Positions 10,271 through 18,396 of a DNA stretch of 63,411 bases are shown here, one piece after another. The DNA is from an uncultured Oscillospiraceae bacterium (lineage in GTDB: Bacteria; Bacillota; Clostridia; Oscillospirales; Oscillospiraceae). Under the pieces are notes generated by a model that was given only the letters and a program-made list of their open reading frames with translations, was not told the DNA's origin and did not search any database. The stretch is taken from the NCBI GenBank assembly GCA_944386905.1, contig CALXCW010000001.1, positions 1 through 63,411 on the forward strand, in the 5' to 3' direction. The translations under genes and the position numbers were made by a program. Each line of letters begins with the position of its first letter. Within the stretch, counting starts at the first letter, position 1.

Positions 10271-11908
10271 ATGGTCATTACGGAATTTCTGGAACGAAAC
10301 GCACGGCTCTACGGCTCCGAGGTGAGCCTGGTGGAGATCAACCCCTCCGAGGAGCGGGACAAGGCCGTCACCTGGCGAGATTTCAGCCTCATTGAGAGCG
10401 CTCGGCCCGACGCCCCCTATCGCCGGGAGATGACCTGGCGGGACTTTGACCGAAAGGCAAATCGCTTTGCCAACCTGCTTCTCAGCCGCGGGCTGCAAAA
10501 AGGAACAAAGGTGGGCATTTTGCTGATGAACTGCCTGGAATGGCTGCCCATGTACTTTGGTATTTTGAAGGCCGGCTGCATTGCTGTGCCAATGAACTTC
10601 CGTTATTCCAGCGAGGAAATCGAATATTGCCTGGATCTTGCGGATGTGGAGGTGCTGGTATTCGGCCCGGAGTTCATCACCCGAATGGAGCCCATCGTAC
10701 CGCGACTGACGAGAATTAAGATGTTCTTTTATGTGGGGCGGAAGATCCCGGCCTATGCCGAGGACTGCTGCAAGCTGGTGACTTTCTGCTCCTCCAGTGC
10801 GCCGCCCGTGGCCCTCACTGAGGACGACTACGCCGCGATCTATTTCTCCTCCGGCACCACAGGTTTCCCCAAAGCCATCCTCCACAACCACCGGGCGCTT
10901 TTAAGTGCCTGCGAGACAGAGCAGAACCACCACCATCAGACGCGCGAGGACGTGTTTTTGCTAATTCCGCCCCTCTATCACACCGGTGCAAAGATGCACT
11001 GGTTTGGCAGCCTCATCTCCGGCAGCAAGGCCGTCTTGCTCCGGGGCGTAAAGCCCGAGTGGATCCTCCGGGCGGTTACCGAGGAGAAATGCACCATCGT
11101 GTGGCTGCTGGTGCCGTGGTGCCAGGATCTACTGGATGCCATCGATTCCGGTCGGATTGATCTGAATCACTACTACTTAGATCAGTGGCGGCTCATGCAC
11201 ATCGGCGCCCAGCCGGTGCCGCCCAGCCTCATAGACCGGTGGATGGAGCGATTCCCGCACCACAAGTATGACACCAACTATGGCCTCTCGGAGTCCATCG
11301 GCCCCGGCTGTGTACATCTGGGGTTGGAAAATATTCAAAAGGTGGGAGCCATCGGCAAGCCCGGCTATCGCTGGGAGGCGCGGATCGTGGACGAGAAGGG
11401 CCGGGATGTGCCCCAGGGCGAAGTGGGCGAGCTCATTGTCAAGGGCCGCGGCGTGATGCTCTGCTACTACAAAAATCCCGAGGCTACCGCCGAGGTCTTG
11501 AAGGACGGCTGGCTCTACACCGGGGATATGGCCCGGATGGATGAGGACGGCTTTATCTACCTGGTGGATCGGAAGAAGGACGTGGTCATCTCCGGCGGCG
11601 AGAATCTCTATCCCGTACAGATCGAGGACTTCCTCCGCCGCTTCGACAAGATTAAAGATGTGGCAGTGATCGGCCTGCCGGACGAGCGTCTGGGCGAGAT
11701 TGCTGCGGCCATTGTGGAAATCAAAGACGGCATCGCTTGCACTGAGGACGAGATCAACGCCTTCTGCAAAGAATTGCCTCGCTACAAGCGCCCGAGAAAG
11801 ATTATTTTCGACAAGGTGCCTCGCAATCCCACTGGTAAGATCGAAAAGCCTGTCCTCCGCGAGAAATACTGCGGCGGCCGTTTGGTCGAGGAGCAGACCA
11901 CGCGGTAA
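10271..11908 (+). CDS. AMP-dependent (class I adenylate-forming) acyl-CoA ligase
   Basis: 545-aa ORF with the AMP-binding signature YFSSGTTGFPKAILHNH and the hinge/A8 motif GWLYTGDMARMDEDGFIYLVDRKKDVVISGGENLYP. An RBS (AGGGAG) precedes the ATG. Confidence 0.88.
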   Translation: MVITEFLERNARLYGSEVSLVEINPSEERDKAVTWRDFSLIESARPDAPYRREMTWRDFDRKANRFANLLLSRGLQKGTKVGILLMNCLEWLPMYFGILKAGCIAVPMNFRYSSEEIEYCLDLADVEVLVFGPEFITRMEPIVPRLTRIKMFFYVGRKIPAYAEDCCKLVTFCSSSAPPVALTEDDYAAIYFSSGTTGFPKAILHNHRALLSACETEQNHHHQTREDVFLLIPPLYHTGAKMHWFGSLISGSKAVLLRGVKPEWILRAVTEEKCTIVWLLVPWCQDLLDAIDSGRIDLNHYYLDQWRLMHIGAQPVPPSLIDRWMERFPHHKYDTNYGLSESIGPGCVHLGLENIQKVGAIGKPGYRWEARIVDEKGRDVPQGEVGELIVKGRGVMLCYYKNPEATAEVLKDGWLYTGDMARMDEDGFIYLVDRKKDVVISGGENLYPVQIEDFLRRFDKIKDVAVIGLPDERLGEIAAAIVEIKDGIACTEDEINAFCKELPRYKRPRKIIFDKVPRNPTGKIEKPVLREKYCGGRLVEEQTTR

Positions 11909-11972
11909 GTGCCAGCCACCGCACCAACCGTAGGGGCGCGCATCTATACTTTTTAGTCAGGAGCATTCAATC

Positions 11973-13544
11973 ATGGACATGTTTATCAAACTGGCATTTT
12001 TAGTCGTCTTTTTCGGCGTGATGATTTTTATTGGCCTCTATTGCCGCAAGCACACCACGGATGTCAATGGCTTCGTCCTGGGCGGGCGAGCCGTGGGGCC
12101 GTGGCTCACGGCCTTCGCCTATGGCACCAGCTACTTTTCCGCCGTCGTCTTTGTGGGCTATGCCGGACAGTTCGGCTGGAAATACGGCATTGCCGCCACC
12201 TGGGCTGGCATCGGCAATGCACTTCTCGGCTCTCTCCTGGCCTGGGTGGTGCTGGGGCGGCGCACCCGCGTTATGACCCAGCATCTGGACGCGGCCACCA
12301 TGCCCCAATTTTTTCAGAGCCGCTTTCAGAGCCGCAGTCTCAAGCTGGCAGCCTCGGCCATCATTTTTATCTTTCTCATTCCCTACACCGCTTCTCTCTA
12401 TAACGGCCTGAGTCGCCTGTTCGGCATGGCCTTCCACATCGACTATGCCGTGTGCGTTATCGCTATGGCGGTGCTCACCGGCGTATACGTCATTGCCGGA
12501 GGCTATATGGCCACGGCCATCAACGATTTTATCCAGGGGATCATTATGATTGTGGGGATCATCGCCGTGGTGGGCGCGGTGCTCAAGAGCCAGGGCGGCT
12601 TCCTGGCGGCGCTGGACGGCCTGGCCAGGGTCAGCGATTCTTCCGTCTCCGACACGCCCGGTGTTTTTGCCTCTTTCTTCGGCCCTGATCCGGTGGGCCT
12701 GCTGGGCGTGGTGCTGCTCACATCCCTGGGCACCTGGGGCCTTCCGCAGATGGTGCAGAAGTTTTACGCCATCCGCAGCGAAAAGGCCATCGACAAGGGT
12801 ACCATCATCTCCACGGCCTTTGCCTTTATCGTGGCCGGCGGATGCTATTTCCTGGGCGGCTTCGGCCGGCTCTTCTCCGACCAGGTGGACGTGGCCGCAA
12901 ACGGCTATGACTCCATCGTGCCGACTATGCTCGAAGGGCTCTCCACGGTTTTGATTGCCGTGGTGGTGCTTCTGGTGCTCTCGGCGTCTATGTCTACGCT
13001 GTCGTCTCTGGTATTGGCCTCCAGTTCCACCTTGACGCTGGACTTCATTAAAGATACAATAGTAAAAGATATGGATGAAAAACGGCAGATCTTGACCATG
13101 CGGCTTTTGATCGTGGTATTCATCGCCATCTCTGTGGTTTTGGCCATTGTGCAGTATCGCTCCAGCGTCACCTTTATTGCCCAGCTCATGGGCGTCAGTT
13201 GGGGCGCACTGGCCGGCGCATTTTTAGCGCCCTTCCTCTATGGCCTCTATTGGAAACGCACCACCCGCGGTGCCTGCTGGGTGTGCTTCGTGTTTTCCAC
13301 GGTGGTGATGCTGGCCAATATCTTTGCGGGCACCTATTTCCCGCCCTTGCTGCAATCACCCATCAACGCCGGTGCGTTTTGCATGCTCGCCGGCCTGGTG
13401 ATCGTACCGGTGGTGAGCCTGTTCACCCCGGCTCTGCCCCAGGAGCAGATCCAGCGGGTCTTTGCCTGCTATGACCGCAAGGTGGTAGTTTCGGTGAAGG
13501 ACTCCATCGGAGATCAATCCAATCACAAGGAGGAAACGCCATGA
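11973..13544 (+). CDS. sodium:solute symporter (SSS) family permease
   Basis: 523-aa polytopic membrane ORF of about 13 TM segments with PanF/PutP/ActP-like composition (GGRAVGPWLTAFAYGTSYFSA). Its stop overlaps the iorA start by 4 nt. Confidence 0.8.
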   Translation: MDMFIKLAFLVVFFGVMIFIGLYCRKHTTDVNGFVLGGRAVGPWLTAFAYGTSYFSAVVFVGYAGQFGWKYGIAATWAGIGNALLGSLLAWVVLGRRTRVMTQHLDAATMPQFFQSRFQSRSLKLAASAIIFIFLIPYTASLYNGLSRLFGMAFHIDYAVCVIAMAVLTGVYVIAGGYMATAINDFIQGIIMIVGIIAVVGAVLKSQGGFLAALDGLARVSDSSVSDTPGVFASFFGPDPVGLLGVVLLTSLGTWGLPQMVQKFYAIRSEKAIDKGTIISTAFAFIVAGGCYFLGGFGRLFSDQVDVAANGYDSIVPTMLEGLSTVLIAVVVLLVLSASMSTLSSLVLASSSTLTLDFIKDTIVKDMDEKRQILTMRLLIVVFIAISVVLAIVQYRSSVTFIAQLMGVSWGALAGAFLAPFLYGLYWKRTTRGACWVCFVFSTVVMLANIFAGTYFPPLLQSPINAGAFCMLAGLVIVPVVSLFTPALPQEQIQRVFACYDRKVVVSVKDSIGDQSNHKEETP

Positions 13545-15283
13545 AACAACTGATGCTCGGCAACGAAGCGGTGGCCCGGGGCCTCTATGAGGCCGGCTGC
13601 GGCTTTGTCTCCAGCTACCCCGGGACTCCCAGCACCGAGATCACCGAGGCAGCCGCCAAATACCAGGAGATCTATGCCGAATGGGCCCCCAATGAAAAGG
13701 TGGCCATGGAGGCCGCCTTTGGCGCTGCCCTGGCAGGTACGCGCAGTTTTTGCGGCATGAAGCACGTGGGTCTCAACGTTGCCGCAGACCCCCTCTTCAC
13801 CATCGGCTACACCGGCGTCAACGCCGGCATGCTCATCGGTGTGGCCGACGACGCCGGCATGCACAGCTCCCAGAATGAGCAGGATTCCCGGCACTATGCC
13901 AAGTCCGCCAAGATTCCCATGGTGGAGCCTGCGGATTCCGCCGAAGGTCTTGCCTTTGCCAAGCTGGCCTATGAAATCTCCGAGCGTTTCGATACGCCGG
14001 TGCTGATCAAGATGTGCACCCGCGTGTCCCACTCTCAGAGCGTGGTGGAGCCCGGCGAGCGGATCATGCCCCCGGCCAAGCCCTATGAAAAAACGCCTGC
14101 CAAGTATATTATGATGCCCGGCAATGCCAAGCGCCGCCATCCTGTGGTGGAGGAGCGCACCAAGGCCCTCACCGAATACGCAGAAACCACACCCCTCAAC
14201 CGCGTGGAGCCAGGTCGGGAGAACACAGTCGGCATCCTTACCGCTTCCACCAGCTATCAGTATGTGAAGGAAGTGGTGGGCGATCGCTATCCTGTTTTGA
14301 AACTGGGACTTGCCTGGCCTATGCCGGTGAAGGCCATCCGCGACTTCGCCGCCAGCGTGGAGAAATTGGTGGTCGTGGAAGAACTGGACGGCTTCATCGA
14401 AGATCACTGCCGCAATCTGGGCCTCGACGTGGTGGGGAAGGACACCTTCTCTATGATCGACGAGCTGAGCCAAAATATTGTAGCGGAGAAGCTGGGATAT
14501 CCCACGGTCAGCGGCCCGAAGCTGGATGTGGCCATTCCGCCCCGGCCGCCGGTGATGTGCGCAGGCTGTCCCCACCGCGGTCTCTTCTACACCTTGGCCA
14601 AGAACAAACTCACCGTCATGGGCGATATCGGCTGCTACACTCTGGGCGCCGTGGCGCCGCTGGCAGCCATTGATACCACGATTTGCATGGGTGCATCCGT
14701 CTCCGGCATTCACGGCTTCCTCAAGGCGTCTGACCCGGAACAGAGCAAAAAAACGGTGGCTGTCATCGGCGACTCCACCTTTATGCACTCCGGTGTTACC
14801 GGCCTGATCAACGTGGCCTATAACGAATCCAATTCTACCATTATCATTCTGGACAACTCCATCACCGGCATGACCGGGCACCAGCAGAATCCCACCACGG
14901 GCTTCAACCTCAAGGGCGATCCCTGCACCAAGATTGACCTGGAGAGCCTCTGCCGCGCTGTGGGCATCCGCCGGGTGCGGGTGGTGGATCCATACAACCT
15001 TTCTGAGTGCGATCAGGCTGTCAAGGAGGAGCTCCAGGCGGATGAGCCCAGTGTGATCATCTCCCGGCGGCCCTGCGCGCTGCTCAAGTATGTCAAGCAC
15101 AAGGCGCCTCTGACGGTGGATCCCGAGAAGTGCAAGACCTGTAAGATGTGCATGAAGATCGGCTGCCCCGCCATCAGCATCACCGGCGGCAAGGCCCAAA
15201 TCGACGCCACTCTCTGCACCGGCTGCGGCGTGTGCGAGCAGCTTTGTAAATTTGACGCTCTCTGCGCCCCCAAGGAGGTCTGA
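13541..15283 (+). CDS. iorA: indolepyruvate:ferredoxin oxidoreductase, alpha subunit
   Basis: 580-aa ORF. The N-terminus (MLGNEAVARGLYEAGCGFVSSYPGTPSTEI), the TPP-binding GDSTFMHSG motif and the C-terminal 2x[4Fe-4S] motifs (CKTCKMCMKIGCP / CTGCGVCEQLC) match IorA. Confidence 0.93.
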   Translation: MKQLMLGNEAVARGLYEAGCGFVSSYPGTPSTEITEAAAKYQEIYAEWAPNEKVAMEAAFGAALAGTRSFCGMKHVGLNVAADPLFTIGYTGVNAGMLIGVADDAGMHSSQNEQDSRHYAKSAKIPMVEPADSAEGLAFAKLAYEISERFDTPVLIKMCTRVSHSQSVVEPGERIMPPAKPYEKTPAKYIMMPGNAKRRHPVVEERTKALTEYAETTPLNRVEPGRENTVGILTASTSYQYVKEVVGDRYPVLKLGLAWPMPVKAIRDFAASVEKLVVVEELDGFIEDHCRNLGLDVVGKDTFSMIDELSQNIVAEKLGYPTVSGPKLDVAIPPRPPVMCAGCPHRGLFYTLAKNKLTVMGDIGCYTLGAVAPLAAIDTTICMGASVSGIHGFLKASDPEQSKKTVAVIGDSTFMHSGVTGLINVAYNESNSTIIILDNSITGMTGHQQNPTTGFNLKGDPCTKIDLESLCRAVGIRRVRVVDPYNLSECDQAVKEELQADEPSVIISRRPCALLKYVKHKAPLTVDPEKCKTCKMCMKIGCPAISITGGKAQIDATLCTGCGVCEQLCKFDALCAPKEV

Positions 15284-15285
15284 AC

Positions 15286-15858
15286 ATGGAAACGAAAAAC
15301 ATTATGATCGTCGGCGTGGGCGGTCAGGGTAGTCTCCTGGCCTCCAAGCTCCTGGGGCGGCTGCTGCTGGCCAAGGATTACGACACCAAGGTCTCCGAAG
15401 TTCACGGCATGAGCCAGCGGGGCGGCAGTGTGGTCACCTATGTCCGCTTTGGCGACAAGGTCTATTCGCCCATTATCGACAAGGGCGAGGCCGACTGCAT
15501 CGTGTCTTTCGAACTCCTGGAAGCGGCACGGTGGACGGAATACTTAAAGCCCGGCGGGGTGATTGTCACCAATACCCAGCAGATCAACCCCATGCCGGTT
15601 ATTACCGGCGCGGCGGAATATCCCGCAAATCTGGTCAAGACCATGACCGACGCGGGGATTCAGGTGGATGCCATCGATGCGCTCAAGCTGGCTGAGGAAG
15701 CCGGCTCAAGCAAGGCCGTGAATATCGTCCTCATGGGCCATCTCTCCCGGCATTTCGATTTCACCGAAGCGGAGTGGATGGATGCCTTGGAGAAGAGCGT
15801 CCCGGCCAAATTCCTGGAGCTCAACAAGAAGGCCTTTGTGCTGGGCCGGAATGCCTAA
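15286..15858 (+). CDS. iorB: indolepyruvate:ferredoxin oxidoreductase, beta subunit
   Basis: 190-aa ORF starting 3 nt after iorA. It has the IVGVGGQG nucleotide-type motif of the IorB / POR gamma-like subunit. Confidence 0.9.
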   Translation: METKNIMIVGVGGQGSLLASKLLGRLLLAKDYDTKVSEVHGMSQRGGSVVTYVRFGDKVYSPIIDKGEADCIVSFELLEAARWTEYLKPGGVIVTNTQQINPMPVITGAAEYPANLVKTMTDAGIQVDAIDALKLAEEAGSSKAVNIVLMGHLSRHFDFTEAEWMDALEKSVPAKFLELNKKAFVLGRNA

Positions 15859-15980
15859 CGCCGCTCCCGCCTGGAGAGGTGGCGCGCAGCGCCGGAGGGA
15901 TTGCCCCTCTCACTCAGCCTTTGGCTGCGATTCTCATATCAACCCGCCCCAATCGGGGCTCGAAAGGAACAATTGAATCA

Positions 15981-17279
15981 ATGGAACGTTACTATCAACC
16001 CGAGATCGAATGTGCCAGCCGGGAGCAAATCCTCGCCTGGCAGAATGAGCGCCTGGTTAAACAGGTGCGCCATGTCTGGGACTCCGTGCCCTACTACCGC
16101 AAGAAAATGGAGGAGAAGGGCGTCACCCCCGACGATATCCAGAGCGTCGCCGACCTCCACAAGCTGCCCTTCCTCACCAAGGACGATCTGCGCGACGCCT
16201 ATCCCTATGGCCTGATGGGCAGGCCCCTGAAGGACTGTGTCCGCATCCAGTCCACCTCCGGCACCACCGGCCGTCGGGTCGTCGCTTTCTACACCCAGCA
16301 TGACATCGATCTGTGGGAAGATTGCTGCGCCCGCGCCATTGTGGCTGCCGGCGGCACCAACGAAGATGTCTGCCATGTATGCTACGGCTACGGCCTCTTT
16401 ACCGGCGGCCCCGGTCTCAACGGCGGCAGCCATAAGGTGGGCTGCCTGACCTTGCCCATGTCCTCGGGCAATACCGACCGCCAGCTTCAGTTCATGGTGG
16501 ATTTGGAGTCCACCATCCTCTGCTGCACGCCTTCCTACGCCGCTTTCCTGGCCGAGTCCATCCACGAGCGGGGCCTGCGGGACAAAATTAAGCTCAAGGC
16601 CGGCATCTTCGGCGCCGAGGCTTGGAGCGAGGAGATGCGTCAGGACATCCAGAACAAGCTGGGAATCAAGGCGTATGATATCTACGGTCTCACCGAGACC
16701 TCCGGCCCAGGCGTGGCCTTTGAGTGCAGCGAGCAGACCGGCATGCACATCAATGAGGATCACTTCATTGCCGAGATCATCGATCCGAATACCGGTGAGG
16801 TACTGCCCGAGGGCTCCAAGGGCGAGCTGGTGTTCACCTCCATCACCAAAGAGGCCTTCCCGCTGCTGCGGTACCGCACCCGGGACATCTGCGTGCTCAC
16901 CCGGGAGAAGTGCTCCTGCGGCCGTACCCACGTAAAGATGAGCAAGCCCATGGGCAGAAGCGACGATATGCTCATCGTCAAGGGCGTCAATGTGTTCCCG
17001 TCCCAGATTGAGACTGTCCTGCTGGAGCAGGGCTATCCCGCCAACTATCAGATCATCGTCGACCGCGTCAACAACTCCGATACGCTGGAGGTCATGGTGG
17101 AGATGACCCCCGAGAACTTCTCCGACAACCTGGGCAAGATCACCGAGATGGAGAAGGGCCTGGTGGCCGCCTTGAAGGCTATGCTGGGCATCTATGCCAA
17201 GGTCAAGCTGGTGGCGCCCAAGACCATCGCCCGCAGCGAGGGCAAGGCTATCCGCGTCATCGACAAGCGCAAGATTTGA
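15981..17279 (+). CDS. paaK: phenylacetate-CoA ligase family protein (PaaK-like)
   Basis: 432 aa from the ATG at 15981 (RBS AAAGGAA). Motifs are WDSVPYYRKKMEEKGV, LPFLTKDDLRDAYPYGL, STSGTTG and YGLTE. The ORF-track start at 15774 is an upstream read-through extension. Confidence 0.9.
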   Translation: MERYYQPEIECASREQILAWQNERLVKQVRHVWDSVPYYRKKMEEKGVTPDDIQSVADLHKLPFLTKDDLRDAYPYGLMGRPLKDCVRIQSTSGTTGRRVVAFYTQHDIDLWEDCCARAIVAAGGTNEDVCHVCYGYGLFTGGPGLNGGSHKVGCLTLPMSSGNTDRQLQFMVDLESTILCCTPSYAAFLAESIHERGLRDKIKLKAGIFGAEAWSEEMRQDIQNKLGIKAYDIYGLTETSGPGVAFECSEQTGMHINEDHFIAEIIDPNTGEVLPEGSKGELVFTSITKEAFPLLRYRTRDICVLTREKCSCGRTHVKMSKPMGRSDDMLIVKGVNVFPSQIETVLLEQGYPANYQIIVDRVNNSDTLEVMVEMTPENFSDNLGKITEMEKGLVAALKAMLGIYAKVKLVAPKTIARSEGKAIRVIDKRKI

Positions 17280-17293
17280 AAGGAGACGAAAAC

Positions 17294-17728
17294 ATGACGG
17301 TACATCAGATCTCCGTATTTTTGGAGAACCGCGCCGGTCAGCTCTCTGAGATCACCCAGGTGCTGGCGGCCAATGCCATCGACATGCGCGCCATCTCCAT
17401 CGCCGAAACGTCGGATTACGGCGTGTTGCGGCTGATTGTGGATCAGCCCCAGAAGGCGACCACGCTGCTCCTGGAGCATGGATTCATCCTCTCTATGACG
17501 CCGGTGACCGTGGTGGCTGTGCCGGATCAGCCCGGTGGCCTGGCTCCGGTGCTGAAGCTCTTGGCCGACGCCAACATCGACATCGAATACATGTACTCTC
17601 TCTTTACCCACACCGACGGGAAGGCCTACATGGTATTCCGTGTCAGTGACGATGAGAGCTTTTCCGGCACGCTCAAGTCCCATGGTATTGAGCCGGTGGG
17701 CACCGAAGAGCTGGGTATCCAGGCATAA
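17294..17728 (+). CDS. tandem ACT-domain protein
   Basis: 144 aa from the ATG at 17294 (RBS AAAGGAGA). It contains two ACT repeats (ISVFLENRAGQLSEI ... VAVPDQPGGLAPVLKLL). This partner is commonly found next to PaaK/IOR genes. Confidence 0.8.
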   Translation: MTVHQISVFLENRAGQLSEITQVLAANAIDMRAISIAETSDYGVLRLIVDQPQKATTLLLEHGFILSMTPVTVVAVPDQPGGLAPVLKLLADANIDIEYMYSLFTHTDGKAYMVFRVSDDESFSGTLKSHGIEPVGTEELGIQA

Positions 17729-17739
17729 CAAGAAATTGC

Positions 17740-17768
17740 GGCCCGGGGCAGTGCGCCCCGGGCCATTT
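17740..17768 (+). terminator. hairpin terminator after the IOR/PaaK/ACT operon
   Basis: GGCCCGGGGC-AGTGC-GCCCCGGGCC followed by ATTT. The T-run is weak. Confidence 0.55.
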
Positions 17769-17806
17769 GGATAGAGGAACAGCATGCTGTGAAAGGAGCG
17801 ATAAAC

Positions 17807-18319
17807 ATGAATGAAACGCTAAAGACGCTCACCAGCCGCAAGAGCTGCAGAAGCTACCGGCCGATGCACGTCCCTCGGGAGGATTTGGAGCAGATCGTGG
17901 CTGCCGGCCTCAATGCCCCCTCCGGCCTCAACAACCAGACGCCCCGATTTGTGGTGGTGCAGGACGATGAGACTGTGCGGCTTTTGTCGAAGTATAACGC
18001 GGCTGTGGGCCATTTCCCCATGGATCCCTTCTATGGAGCCCGGGATGTGATCGTGGTGTTGGCCAAGAAGGAGGGCACCTATCTCTACGACGGCAGCCTG
18101 GCCATGGGCAATTTAATGAACGCCGCCTGGTCGATGGGGATTGACAGCCGCTGGATTCACCGGGCCAAAGAGGTTTTTGCCTCGGAGCAGGGCAAAGCCC
18201 TGTTACAAACCTGGGGTATCACTGAGGATGTGGAGGGGATCGGCTTCTGCATTCTTGGCTATGCGCAGGAGGAAAAGGAAAAGACGGACATTAAGCCCGG
18301 TCGAGTGTTCTATGTATAG
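17807..18319 (+). CDS. nitroreductase family protein
   Basis: 170 aa from the ATG at 17807 (RBS AAAGGAG). The motif LTSRKSCRSY...LEQIVAAGLNAPSGLNNQ is typical of NAD(P)H nitroreductases. Confidence 0.82.
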   Translation: MNETLKTLTSRKSCRSYRPMHVPREDLEQIVAAGLNAPSGLNNQTPRFVVVQDDETVRLLSKYNAAVGHFPMDPFYGARDVIVVLAKKEGTYLYDGSLAMGNLMNAAWSMGIDSRWIHRAKEVFASEQGKALLQTWGITEDVEGIGFCILGYAQEEKEKTDIKPGRVFYV

Positions 18320-18333
18320 CACCTGAAGAAAGA

Positions 18334-18382
18334 AATCACACCCGCGCCGCTGCATCAGCAGGCGCGGGTGTGATTCGATTTT
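18334..18382. terminator. bidirectional hairpin between convergent genes
   Basis: 15-bp stem AATCACACCCGCGCC / GGCGCGGGTGTGATT with a T-run on the plus side. It lies between the nitroreductase (+) and the MATE gene (-). Confidence 0.65.
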
Positions 18383-18396
18383 GAGCAGGGAGCCGG

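Noticed and set aside
13523-15199. Long antisense ORFs opposite well-supported genes
   Set aside because: Each lies fully inside, and opposite to, a gene with strong diagnostic motifs. The ORFs are 13523-15199 (vs iorA), 117-1469 (vs amylase), 4961-6121 and 5529-6710 (vs addBA), 8142-9575, 9800-10891, 46779-47795 (vs prfB), 49749-51119 (vs dpaL), 53946-55628 (vs trpB2), 57577-58908 (vs argJ) and 61251-62567 (vs aminopeptidase). Their translations are low-complexity and G/R/H/P/A-rich, as expected from stop-codon depletion at high GC.
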